A DNA stretch of 42,803 nucleotides from Alistipes sp. (GTDB taxonomy: Bacteria > Bacteroidota > Bacteroidia > Bacteroidales > Rikenellaceae), in assembly GCA_017380955.1 (NCBI GenBank), contig JAFOCZ010000027.1:1-42803 (forward strand). Reading direction: 5' to 3'. Position numbers and translations under genes: made by a program. The notes under the pieces were generated by a model. It did no database searches. It was not told the DNA's origin and saw nothing but the letters and a program-made list of their open reading frames with translations. Every line of letters starts with the position of its first letter. Position 1 is the stretch's first letter. Positions 18,573 through 28,052 of the stretch are shown piece by piece.

Positions 18573-19601
18573 TTAGAGAATATCGTCGTTAAGGACCACT
18601 CTCCACGAATTTACGATGATAGATGCCGACAACCAATCACCATCCTCATCGAGGAAGAAGGTCATATTATACTCATCCTGACGGTCGAGATACTCCTGGT
18701 TAGACATCTGAGCGTTGTAGTTACCCTTAACAAGCAACGCATAGTCGGCAACGGGAATAGAGAGCACCCTCTCGTTCTCCTCCACATTCCAGATTGTGAG
18801 TATCGGGCTCTTGCCGTCAATCATACGGTTTAGGGTGAACTCCGCAACAGCCACAGATACCTGATCGGCACGCGTTGCTGAGTTTGTGCCATAACCTGGA
18901 TCTACCTCCGCAGTACCTGTAGTTACACTCCACGGCATATATACCACGTCGTTACCCTCTAAAACATCATTGTTCCAGTCCAAAAGAGCGTTGTCCGCAG
19001 TAATCTCATAACGGAACTTCTCGGCAACAACACCGTCAGACATCTGCTGCAACACGATACGCACCACGTTTGTATCCTTCACAAGCGACATAGTCTCGTT
19101 GTAGGTGCCTGGCTCCGAGGTTACCTCCAGAGGCATAGTGCCGTGGAAGAGAGGCTTCAAATCCTCCGAAACGCTGCCCTCGGTGCTCTTCATCCTCACC
19201 TGCATCTCCTGCTTTGTGGTCTTGCCCACAACAACATCTGCCAAGAGGTCAAACGACTCCTCGTTCTGAAGACCCGCCCACGCCAACAACTCATAACTTC
19301 CTGCCTCGAGTTGCAATGGCATTGCGAAACCATCCGCCGAGAGTACATCCTCGCGGGTCTCGACAACACTCTCGACAAGAGTATCATTTTGGAATACATA
19401 GAGCGCTACAGACTTCACCTCGTGAGAGAAAGCATCGGCAAACTTCATATTGTAGTCATACTTAAACGAAATGTTGTAGTATACACCGCAATCACCCTCA
19501 CCCTCGTAGATGAAACCTTCCTTGCAAGAACTGGTAGAGAGTGCTACGAACAAAGTGGCCAGCATCAATCCCCACTTACCAAATTTAGTTTGGGTCTTCA
19601 T
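18573..19601 (-). CDS. FimB/Mfa2-family anchor pilin
   Basis: SSC lipobox, FKYDYNMKFADAF, QEYLDRQDEY, C-terminal NSWRVV. Confidence 0.88.
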   Translation of the reverse strand: MKTQTKFGKWGLMLATLFVALSTSSCKEGFIYEGEGDCGVYYNISFKYDYNMKFADAFSHEVKSVALYVFQNDTLVESVVETREDVLSADGFAMPLQLEAGSYELLAWAGLQNEESFDLLADVVVGKTTKQEMQVRMKSTEGSVSEDLKPLFHGTMPLEVTSEPGTYNETMSLVKDTNVVRIVLQQMSDGVVAEKFRYEITADNALLDWNNDVLEGNDVVYMPWSVTTGTAEVDPGYGTNSATRADQVSVAVAEFTLNRMIDGKSPILTIWNVEENERVLSIPVADYALLVKGNYNAQMSNQEYLDRQDEYNMTFFLDEDGDWLSASIIVNSWRVVLNDDIL

Positions 19602-19797
19602 TGTTTTATACTTTTTATGTTTTACTTATTTCTACTTTTCGACGTGTCGCCACATCCTATATGTTGTACCTTATGGTCTGTATTTTCAATTTTGGTGGAG
19701 AGCCTATGGCTATCGTTGCCCTACTCTCTGACGGGCTCACTCTTTGCACCGAAACCCAGGTGCGCTTCACAGAAGCCTCTACAGTGTTAATAAATAA

Positions 19798-19830
19798 GGG
19801 GTCTGCCTAAGTCCGCCCAAGGCAGACCCC
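19798..19830 (-). terminator. Hairpin after the major pilin gene (partial terminator or stabiliser)
   Basis: GGGGTCTGCCT...AGGCAGACCCC followed on the minus strand by TTATTTATT. Confidence 0.6.
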
Positions 19831-19844
19831 ATCTCGTTATGTGA

Positions 19845-21365
19845 TTACTCGAGGGTTACATCCTCAGAAACTACACGCCAAGAGAGAACGTTAATCTCTG
19901 CAGAGATATAAGTCTCCTTATCGGTAGGCTTAACAGGAACAACCTGCTGTGCAGGGTCGTAAACTGGAGTACCCAAGCCCTTAACGCCGTTGATAGCAAC
20001 CTTGTAACTGTGGTTACGGATGATGCCATACTCACCTACAGAGCCCGCAGAGCCGAGGTGCTTAACATCAGCATAGTAGTATGTCATACCGCTCTTCCAC
20101 ACCTTCGCAGGCTCAACCTTTGCCAACTCTGCGTTTGCGTCAACAGCGGTGTAGTTAGAGCCGTCGAATGAGAACCAGTTCGTAGCCTCTGCGCCATCAG
20201 CAAGTTGGAACTTAACCTCGTAACTCTCAGCGCCGGTCATACCTGCAACACACTTAATCTGTGAGTCGTCGATAGATGTGTAGGTGCTAACACCGTCGAA
20301 GTGCATAAGTTTGTTCTTGAGGGTAGGAGCAACAGCCGCCAACAACGATGACTCACCAACATATGTAGTACCATACCACTGTGCAATCTCCAAAGCCTCG
20401 CCAGCCTCGTTCTGCAACTGCGCAGCAACAACATATGTAGCGCGTGCACCAACCTGCTCGCCGAGGTACTCTACAGTAGAGTTATTGTTTGTAAGATCGT
20501 TGTACGAGAAGTTGTTGTCCACAGCATCTGTCACGCTCTTAGAAGCCCAATATGAGCGGAAGTAAGGAGCGTCGTTCCATACGAAACCGATTGCTGAATC
20601 TGTCCAAGTTGGGTCGATGCTCTTCACGAAGTATGACTCAGTCTGGTTGCCAATAACATCCCAGCCATAAACCTTAGCCATAACCTTACCGCCGTTAACC
20701 TCAGCGCCTGTGTCGAAAGCAGCATCACCAGCCGATACGTTCATCTTTGCTGTAGCACGCTCCACGTAGATAGTCACAGGGTTTGCAAGAGCCTTGTCGG
20801 CAGTGGTCTGGAAGTTGTCGATAGTGAGTTCGGTAGCATCCATCTGCTGACCTGCAGCATTTGCGTATACCGAGTTGCTCATAATGAAGTTCTGACCATT
20901 GGTGTGACCTGTGGTCTTAAGGTTGTTCTTGAGGTCGTTGAGCGAGAGGCTCTGAGTACCCTTGTAGTTTACCACCGCAGCAACCTTTGCTGGGAACTGA
21001 CCCTTGTACTTCTCAACAACAAGCACAGGGTTTGTCATAGACTCGATGTTTGGAGCCTGGGTGCTGCCGTTGTCAGCAACTGCAACGTTGAAGTAGTTGC
21101 CATTAGCGTTGATATTGAAGGCATTGCCCGCAGCATCGAAGAAGTAGAATGTTGCCTCGGTTACAGCCTGCTCATCAGCAGTGCCATCCTCATACACACC
21201 ACCCTCGGCACGTGTGATATCGTCGGCAGACTTGAGGTTGAGAGCGATATAGCCCTTGTCTGCATTGATACCCGCCTGAGGAGTATTCTGTGGAGCCTCG
21301 TCCTTCTCTGTACAAGCCACAAGACCCAAAGCCGCAAAGGCCAAAAGGAAATACTTAGTCTTCAT
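19845..21365 (-). CDS. Mfa1-family major fimbrial subunit
   Basis: Lipobox LVAC, TR/A site, FIMSNSVY, YVERATAK, IIRNHSY, C-terminal INVLSWRVV donor strand. Confidence 0.9.
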   Translation of the reverse strand: MKTKYFLLAFAALGLVACTEKDEAPQNTPQAGINADKGYIALNLKSADDITRAEGGVYEDGTADEQAVTEATFYFFDAAGNAFNINANGNYFNVAVADNGSTQAPNIESMTNPVLVVEKYKGQFPAKVAAVVNYKGTQSLSLNDLKNNLKTTGHTNGQNFIMSNSVYANAAGQQMDATELTIDNFQTTADKALANPVTIYVERATAKMNVSAGDAAFDTGAEVNGGKVMAKVYGWDVIGNQTESYFVKSIDPTWTDSAIGFVWNDAPYFRSYWASKSVTDAVDNNFSYNDLTNNNSTVEYLGEQVGARATYVVAAQLQNEAGEALEIAQWYGTTYVGESSLLAAVAPTLKNKLMHFDGVSTYTSIDDSQIKCVAGMTGAESYEVKFQLADGAEATNWFSFDGSNYTAVDANAELAKVEPAKVWKSGMTYYYADVKHLGSAGSVGEYGIIRNHSYKVAINGVKGLGTPVYDPAQQVVPVKPTDKETYISAEINVLSWRVVSEDVTLE

Positions 21366-21411
21366 AGTTTTAAAGTTTTAGTTAATTGTAATTTTATTAT
21401 TGTTTCTATTT

Positions 21412-22851
21412 TTATCTTTTTGACACCTTCCAGTAGTCCTGAATGGCGTTTATCGTAGTCTCAGCCTCGGCAATACCCATACGCTTAGCCTCCTCGAGGT
21501 ATGGCATCGCAGCCTGGTAATCCTCGCGCAACACCTCCAAAGCACCTCGTGCATACTGCACCTCGGCTCCATCTCCTGCTCTCTCGAGGTAGCGCAACGC
21601 TCGCTCATAGTCACCCTTCGACATTGCTGAGTTTGCGGCGTTGAGGTTTGCAACCTCGTCGTTTGGATACATACGCACTGCAATCTCGAACAACTCATCC
21701 AACTCCTCGCTACCCTCGTCGTAGGTCTGCGCCAAGAGGTAGAACTCATCGAGAGATAGTTTCTGAGGTGCGGTGTTCATAATCTCCTCAATCTCGCGTG
21801 GTGAGGTGTAGTGGCGGATGGTATACTCAATAGTATAGTCCGAATGGCGCAACGCAGGGTAGCAGTTCTTCAACAAGAAGTTGTAATCGTCGGTCCAGTT
21901 ATAGTGAATCCACCACTCTTTGTTATCAGGTTCGCGCTCGGAATGTATCGTTGCCAAAATCTCCTCCTTGTGCTTGAGGTTTGATGCTGCAACGTAGCGC
22001 TCCAGACCCGCCCAATCCTCAGGCTCATAGTCTGTTGTGATAAGACCCTCGTCGAAGTGGTAGAGATTCTCAACATACTCCTTGAGGGCTGCGGTACGTC
22101 CCTTTGCCAAACGCTCGTTGTTGGCATAAGGACTCTCTGGCGATGCATAACCCTTGATGAAGATAGACTGGATGGTCACATCCTTATCACCACGCACCGA
22201 GTCGATAGTGCCGGTAATCTTTGCCAACTCACTGCTATTGTTGCGGTACTCAGGGTTGATATCCATATTGCTCACTGGGAAGTCCACGAAAGCCGAGCCA
22301 CTGATAGCATATACCTTCTCTGCGACGGCCTCAGGACGTACATATATCAACTGAGGGCGGTAAGGCTCCATTGGGAAGCGGTCGATAAGCATACTTGTGC
22401 TCTGACCTACCACAGCACCTGCACAGCCACAATCCTCACGCTCGAAGACCAACTGACAACCATCCATCCACTCCTCGAAAGATACTACAGCGTGGTACTG
22501 CACCTTGTCAGGGGTCTTGTTGCTACGGAAGCGGAGATCATCACCAGAGGTAGGTGCTAAATCCTCGTTACGCTCGTAGTAGAAGTGGCGGTTGCGACCA
22601 TAGATACCTATAGAGCGCAAATCCTTAGAGAGTGTATCGCGCACGATATGTGGAGTAAGCACCACGACCTCGCTATTGCGAACATCCACGCCGCTAACAT
22701 CCAGGTCCATATCCACGATTATGTAGTTGCCGCTGCGCTCCATAGTGTAGTTCTCGACAACCACACCATCGATGGTCTGCGCAAAGGCTGCTGGCACTGT
22801 GGCCAACATAGCCAATATCATTGTATAAAAGCGTCTCATCATCACAATCAT
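21412..22851 (-). CDS. DUF3868/OmpA-like domain protein of fimbrial operons
   Basis: GYASPE..N..LAKGR, PEDWAGL, YPALR, C-terminal TPR-like segment. Confidence 0.85.
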   Translation of the reverse strand: MIVMMRRFYTMILAMLATVPAAFAQTIDGVVVENYTMERSGNYIIVDMDLDVSGVDVRNSEVVVLTPHIVRDTLSKDLRSIGIYGRNRHFYYERNEDLAPTSGDDLRFRSNKTPDKVQYHAVVSFEEWMDGCQLVFEREDCGCAGAVVGQSTSMLIDRFPMEPYRPQLIYVRPEAVAEKVYAISGSAFVDFPVSNMDINPEYRNNSSELAKITGTIDSVRGDKDVTIQSIFIKGYASPESPYANNERLAKGRTAALKEYVENLYHFDEGLITTDYEPEDWAGLERYVAASNLKHKEEILATIHSEREPDNKEWWIHYNWTDDYNFLLKNCYPALRHSDYTIEYTIRHYTSPREIEEIMNTAPQKLSLDEFYLLAQTYDEGSEELDELFEIAVRMYPNDEVANLNAANSAMSKGDYERALRYLERAGDGAEVQYARGALEVLREDYQAAMPYLEEAKRMGIAEAETTINAIQDYWKVSKR

Positions 22852-22853
22852 AA

Positions 22854-23441
22854 TTAAAAGAGATAAACCAAATTTATTGCCGCCTTGGTAAGACCCACAT
22901 AGTGGTTGTTATCCTGTCCCACACGACGGCCACATCCCGTACACTCGAAGATATCGTAAGCCGAGTAGATATATCCTACGCCAACCTCAAACTCCAAGTT
23001 CCAATGTTTGCCCAAAATCATAGCATAACCATAGGCAACACCTGCTCCGACACCCCAACCCTGGAAGCGGTTGTTAGAGAGTTTCGAGAAGTCAGTGCCG
23101 AGGAATTTGATGTTGTTCTGCAAGCCACCGATATTGTACTGACCACCCAAAGCGTGAAAACCGAGGAAGTGTCGCGAGAAGCGATCACAAAACCAGTAGC
23201 GAGCCTCGGGCTGCACCAACCAATGTTTCCAACGCTTATCTTCATTTACGTTCCACGCATTGAGATTTCCCGAAAGATCCAATGTCCATTTAGGAGCCAC
23301 ACCTACCTCCACGCCAAGATTTACGGTAGCCGTAGCATCATAAAGCAAGTTGGTCTTGATGGCCACATCCTGAGCCTTAGCACCCACCGAGATGAGCAAA
23401 CCAAGAAACAGGGGTATTAAAAACTTTAGTTTCATAACCAT
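22854..23441 (-). CDS. DUF3575 outer-membrane beta-barrel protein
   Basis: AIKTNLLYDA, QPEARYW, C-terminal NLVYLF. Confidence 0.9.
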   Translation of the reverse strand: MVMKLKFLIPLFLGLLISVGAKAQDVAIKTNLLYDATATVNLGVEVGVAPKWTLDLSGNLNAWNVNEDKRWKHWLVQPEARYWFCDRFSRHFLGFHALGGQYNIGGLQNNIKFLGTDFSKLSNNRFQGWGVGAGVAYGYAMILGKHWNLEFEVGVGYIYSAYDIFECTGCGRRVGQDNNHYVGLTKAAINLVYLF

Positions 23442-23635
23442 ATTGTATTAAATTCATTTTAGTTCGTTTCGTTCTCTGTTGTGGCGCATCACACGCCTGG
23501 CAAACCACCATATAACTCTCAACAAGCCTTCTGAACGTTTAGGAGCAGGGTAATTGAACTTTATTCAATATTTTACTTCGTGTTGGTCGTTTGTTTCTTA
23601 ACTTTATTTATGAGTTTTATTGTCTTTTGCGATGG

Positions 23636-23667
23636 CAAACTTAGACTAAAAAAATCATATTTCCAAA
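23636..23667 (-). promoter_or_regulatory. Promoter of the pilus operon
   Basis: TTTG (23667-23664), 20-bp spacer, TAAGTTTG (23643-23636); ~190-nt leader. Confidence 0.7.
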
Positions 23668-24129
23668 CATAAATTAAACATTGTAAATATTTAGTTTTTT
23701 TTTAACAACATTACCTTTATGTTTATTTTTCCAATTTGAACAATTCTATTTTTAGCCAAAATGATAATGTGGTTTTTATTTTTATTTATGATTTTTATGG
23801 TTTTATTGAAAGTCATATATGCTAAATGGGTTATTTTGCGGGATATAGGCATATTCCACATATCAGATGGAGCCTCATTCGCTATAACCGAAATTAGCGA
23901 CATTACACAACCGATTGTTCTAATTTTCTACAATTACCTATTAAAACATAAAAATCGGTCTACTAATTAAGAATTTTAGAATATTTAGAGAATTTTAGGT
24001 TTTATTTAAATAAATAAGACCCTCCGAAATAAAACTTTCGACATTGCCACCGGTAAAATAAGCATATTACCAAAACTAAAATTTAACCTTATTTACGGAT
24101 TATAGCACCCCGAAAGTTCAATGCCAAGC

Positions 24130-24165
24130 AAAAAAATATAGTCCAACTACGTACAGTTAGACTAT
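24130..24165 (-). terminator. Terminator downstream of yidD
   Basis: Minus strand ATAGTCTAACT-N6-AGTTGGACTAT then T run. Confidence 0.7.
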
Positions 24166-24298
24166 CTTATTAGGAAGATGTATATTTTCAATAGATAAAC
24201 CCAGACGCCTATTTGTTGATAGAATAGTGCAGATACAACGCTCGGCGAAATTTGAGACGATGGGCTGTACTTTGGCGTACTGCCATTGGCGAAATATT

Positions 24299-24406
24299 TC
24301 GTTAGCGGCAGTAGGTGCGCTATTATCTCAGCAAAGACTCCAAAATAACCTTGTTAGACGGCTTCACTCGTTAGCGGCAGTAGATGCGCTATTATATCGG
24401 CAAAGA
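24299..24406. repeat. Two 39-bp direct repeats separated by 30 bp
   Basis: 24299-24337 and 24368-24406, 36/39 identical. Confidence 0.85.
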
Positions 24407-24408
24407 GG

Positions 24409-24669
24409 TTATGGTACTGGATCGTAACCCGACCCACCCCACGGATGACAACGCAGGAGACGGCGCACGGTGAGGTATAGACCCTTGATAGGTCCATACT
24501 TGCGCAATGCCTCTATGGCATACTGCGAACAGGTGGGGGTAAAACGACAAGATGGTGGTTTCAGGGGCGAGATACACACCTGATAGAATCGCACCAAGAG
24601 GATTAGTGGATATGCCACAATGCGCTTAACAACGCGTAGCGATCTCTGCAAGAATGCGTGTAGTGGCAT
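24409..24669 (-). CDS. yidD: Membrane protein insertion efficiency factor
   Basis: [25 protein letters not shown]; start codon uncertain. Confidence 0.93.
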   Translation of the reverse strand: MPLHAFLQRSLRVVKRIVAYPLILLVRFYQVCISPLKPPSCRFTPTCSQYAIEALRKYGPIKGLYLTVRRLLRCHPWGGSGYDPVP

Positions 24670-25006
24670 TGTTGATGGTGTTATAAGGCAACTCCTCCTT
24701 AGTGATATATATCATCGCGATGCTAATCTTAACACCGCGCTCCTTAGCCAAAGCGATGAGTGGTGCTTTGGAGAGACGATAACTTTCGCGCATACGACGT
24801 TTGAGGAGGTTGCGACGATTGGCGCGCTTGTGAAAGCGCTTTGGAACAGAAAAGAGCACCTCAACAGTAGGTGAGGCGCTCTCTTCAACGATGAGTTTAT
24901 ACTTCAACGGGAACGCAAAACCACTGCCGCAATCGCCAAAGAGGCGTTTCGCAGCATTCCGCGACTTTACTCGCTCGTGGCTTGGAAACTTATTTCCCGT
25001 ATACAT
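24626..25006 (-). CDS. rnpA: Ribonuclease P protein component
   Basis: [25 protein letters not shown] (RNR-like motif), upstream of yidD. Confidence 0.92.
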   Translation of the reverse strand: MYTGNKFPSHERVKSRNAAKRLFGDCGSGFAFPLKYKLIVEESASPTVEVLFSVPKRFHKRANRRNLLKRRMRESYRLSKAPLIALAKERGVKISIAMIYITKEELPYNTINNATTRILAEIATRC

Positions 25007-25008
25007 TA

Positions 25009-25866
25009 TTACTCTGTCTTCTTAGGTGAACGTGTACGTGTCTTCTTCTGAAGTTTAGACTGCTGTGCGCGGATAAACTCCTCCTTATCGGGATCCTCCT
25101 GCACCTGTGCATCCTCAATATCCACACCCTCGGCAACCTTACCGCAGTAGATATCCAAAGCCTTAACCATAGAAGGCGCTTCGGGAGTAGGGGCATTAGC
25201 CTTTACCTTGAGACCAGCCTCCTTTGCAGCGCGCAATGTAGCCTCGCCGAAGGTTGCAACCACAGGGAGTTTCTCAACATCGAAATTCTCTACAAGAGCC
25301 TTAACGTCGTTAGGTGAGTAGAGGGCTATGATATCGTAATCCGCAGGGTTTGTATCCTTCAAATCAGCAGATACGGTACGCGCGAAGACCACTGGCGACA
25401 CCTTCAACTTCAACTTAGCAAGAGCATCTGGAAGTTCGGGCTTGAAAGGCTCGGTGAGCGCCAACATAAACTTCTCATCCTTATGCTTTACGATGAGTTC
25501 GAGCAACGAATTGAAAGTACCGTCGGCAAACGATATCTTACGCTTGCGGTATACGATATACTTCTGCAAGTAGAGCGCTACGGCCTCGGTGTTGCAGATA
25601 TACTTCATAGTCTCGGGTACTGTGATACGTGCCTCCTCGCAGATGCGGAAGAAACTGTCGATGGTTGTGCGCGACGAGAAGATCATCGTTGTGTGATCCA
25701 AAATATCGGTACGCTGAGCGCGAAACTCCTTAAGTGTTACGCCCACAACACGAATCAAAGGCTTGTAGTCGATATTCAACTCGTTCTTCTGCGAGAACTC
25801 AAAGAAGGGGGACTTCTCTATTACAGCCGGACGGGGCTGTGATACCAAAATCTTACTTACTTTCAA
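25009..25866 (-). CDS. hemD: Uroporphyrinogen-III synthase family protein
   Basis: KILVSQPRP, ALYLQKYIVYRKRKI; TTG start; hemD-rnpA-yidD order typical of Bacteroidales. Confidence 0.85.
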   Translation of the reverse strand: MKVSKILVSQPRPAVIEKSPFFEFSQKNELNIDYKPLIRVVGVTLKEFRAQRTDILDHTTMIFSSRTTIDSFFRICEEARITVPETMKYICNTEAVALYLQKYIVYRKRKISFADGTFNSLLELIVKHKDEKFMLALTEPFKPELPDALAKLKLKVSPVVFARTVSADLKDTNPADYDIIALYSPNDVKALVENFDVEKLPVVATFGEATLRAAKEAGLKVKANAPTPEAPSMVKALDIYCGKVAEGVDIEDAQVQEDPDKEEFIRAQQSKLQKKTRTRSPKKTE

Positions 25867-25933
25867 CTTTTCTACAATTATTTATAGTAAAAATTCACTC
25901 CAATAATCTATTAGTCAGCATATTACCGACTAC

Positions 25934-26803
25934 CTACTTCCCAAGTTGCGAGGGCAAAATATGCATCACAAAACTCAAGGGTAGCAAAATTGCGGTGCAA
26001 AGGTACAAAATCCAATACAAAATTGGAATTTTTTTTGCGACAAAGAATAAAAAAGTATCTTTTAGATATAGAATCGCAATCGGAAGTATAGAGACAACGA
26101 GTGTTATGGATGCTCCACGGATAATACTCTCATCGGCCAGCAGCCACACCGCAGCAACAGGATACAACAGCACCACCGAGCGCACTATATTCATAAAGCC
26201 TATGGATGCCAGCACCTCCACACCATCAGACTCTGTCAACCACTCCGCAACCTTGTGCATAGCATACAACCACGCACTGAACACCACTATCGACACCAGA
26301 CCTCCAGCGACCGCCAACGACGACATACCTTTTATATATATAGGCGATGACGCAGGTATGACACCCTCGCAAAGACGCACCACCACCAGGGCAAGCACCG
26401 TAGCACCCAGCACCGCTGCGCCACGCTTGAAGTGCTGCAAAGGCAGCAGACCTCCCTGCGACACCATACGTCGCTCGCTATGATTCTCGAGGATATCGCC
26501 ATAGATAACACCGATAAACTTCCAGGCACGAAGCAACATATAGAGGTATGCCACAAGCGTGAGCATAAGCGTTACCTGGAACAATGGCTCTGCGGTGAGC
26601 GTTGGCTGTGTATGCTCTACAGGCTCAGCAACGCATAGCGTAGAGTGCGTGCCATATATCTGCTCTGGGGATGCCTCCTTGTAACCTCCCGTATACTCCG
26701 CATCTCCTGACTCGAGACGCGAACTACGACCATATACCGCATCGGGGCGCACCACGCGGTAGCCCTCAGCCTCGTATGTCGATACAAAAGTGTTACTCAT
26801 CAC
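25934..26803 (-). CDS. DUF4271-like membrane protein
   Basis: Several TM segments, C-terminal YWILYLCT..LLP, position upstream of hemD. Confidence 0.7.
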   Translation of the reverse strand: MMSNTFVSTYEAEGYRVVRPDAVYGRSSRLESGDAEYTGGYKEASPEQIYGTHSTLCVAEPVEHTQPTLTAEPLFQVTLMLTLVAYLYMLLRAWKFIGVIYGDILENHSERRMVSQGGLLPLQHFKRGAAVLGATVLALVVVRLCEGVIPASSPIYIKGMSSLAVAGGLVSIVVFSAWLYAMHKVAEWLTESDGVEVLASIGFMNIVRSVVLLYPVAAVWLLADESIIRGASITLVVSILPIAILYLKDTFLFFVAKKIPILYWILYLCTAILLPLSFVMHILPSQLGK

Positions 26804-28037
26804 CCTCTCTACGTTTTAATGTTACACGAATTGTTGTGCCGTGTCCCAACTCCGAACGCACAACAGCAATCTTTCCCTTGTGATACTCCTCAATGATACG
26901 TCGTGACAACGATAGTCCCAAACCCCAGCCTCGGGTCTTGGTCGTGAAACCAGGCTCGAAGATTCTTGTCCAGTTGCTCTTGGGGATACCCTTACCCGTA
27001 TCGCTAACCTCAACAAATACCGAATCGTCACTCTCACCAACCTCAACGTTTATAGTACCCTGACCCTGCAGCGCATCTAATGCGTTCTTAAGCAGATTCT
27101 CTATGACCCACTCAAACAACGCAGCGTTTATAGGCACGCTGATAGGTGCCATAGCCAGACCATTGTAAACAAGTTCCACGTTGCGCGGTATGCGACGGTG
27201 GAAGTACATCACCGTATCGCCCACAACCTCGTTGATGTTCATCGGCGATAGTTGTGTCTCCGAGCCAATCTTCGAGAACCTATCCACAATCTTCATCAGG
27301 TGTGCCAAGTCCTTCGACATCTCATCCACGGTCATCTGGTCCACAGGCTGCTCACGAAGATACTCCACCCATCCGAGCAACGACGATGTTGGTGTTCCCA
27401 ACTGGTGTGCCGTCTCCTTGGCAAGACCCACCCACACACGATTCTGCTCATTCTGCTTCGTGGATGAGAAGGCTATGTAGGCAAATATCGCAAAGAGTAT
27501 GACAATCACCAACTGTACATAGGGGAAGAATACCAACGCCCTGCTATGAGCACTCGACAACATCGACTCGTAGTCCGTAGTGCCGAAGTAGATGGTGAAG
27601 ACCTTGCGGTGAATCATACCATACGACACCGATATCGGCTTGTTGTTCTCGCTCATAAGCATTATCTCCTGACGCAGACGCTCGGGATTCTCCACGATAT
27701 CTGCCGAGAGGTTTGTCACCAACACATTCAGGCGCTCATCGGCGATGATAAGTGGCACGTTGGTGTGCTGGGCGAGTTTGTTCAGAAGTTCACCATTGTA
27801 AATCATCTGACCTCCGATGTTCGAGGTGTGGAGGATATCCTCCCACATCTCCACGGCGTTTAGTTCGTCGCGGCGCAACTGCTCCACCGCCATCTCATCC
27901 TCGTGCTTCATATCCACCGAGATACGCCAGGTGTAGAACAACGACAACGCAACAAGCACCAAGCCCACCATAATGACTATGGTGCGGCGACGTGTGTTGA
28001 AGAGCCCCTGTGGCAATGTTATCTTCGGTAGTCTCAT
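26793..28037 (-). CDS. Sensor histidine kinase (no adjacent response regulator)
   Basis: Two TM segments, ETAHQLGTP H-box, NLLKNA, DTGKG, GWGLGL. Confidence 0.93.
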   Translation of the reverse strand: MRLPKITLPQGLFNTRRRTIVIMVGLVLVALSLFYTWRISVDMKHEDEMAVEQLRRDELNAVEMWEDILHTSNIGGQMIYNGELLNKLAQHTNVPLIIADERLNVLVTNLSADIVENPERLRQEIMLMSENNKPISVSYGMIHRKVFTIYFGTTDYESMLSSAHSRALVFFPYVQLVIVILFAIFAYIAFSSTKQNEQNRVWVGLAKETAHQLGTPTSSLLGWVEYLREQPVDQMTVDEMSKDLAHLMKIVDRFSKIGSETQLSPMNINEVVGDTVMYFHRRIPRNVELVYNGLAMAPISVPINAALFEWVIENLLKNALDALQGQGTINVEVGESDDSVFVEVSDTGKGIPKSNWTRIFEPGFTTKTRGWGLGLSLSRRIIEEYHKGKIAVVRSELGHGTTIRVTLKRREGDE

Positions 28038-28052
28038 AGCACAAAAACTCGC

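Noticed and set aside
12114-18576. Long plus-strand ORFs (528, 299 and 513 aa) opposite the pilin genes
   Set aside because: Fully antisense to well-supported pilins, with no recognisable motifs; shadow ORFs from codon bias. The same applies to antisense ORFs over cutC, serS, rplY and pth.
23691-23970. Short ORFs of 69-70 aa in the AT-rich gap
   Set aside because: Low-complexity products on both strands with no motif or operon context.
24299-24406. CRISPR array call
   Set aside because: Only two repeats with three mismatches and no cas genes; kept as an unexplained repeat.
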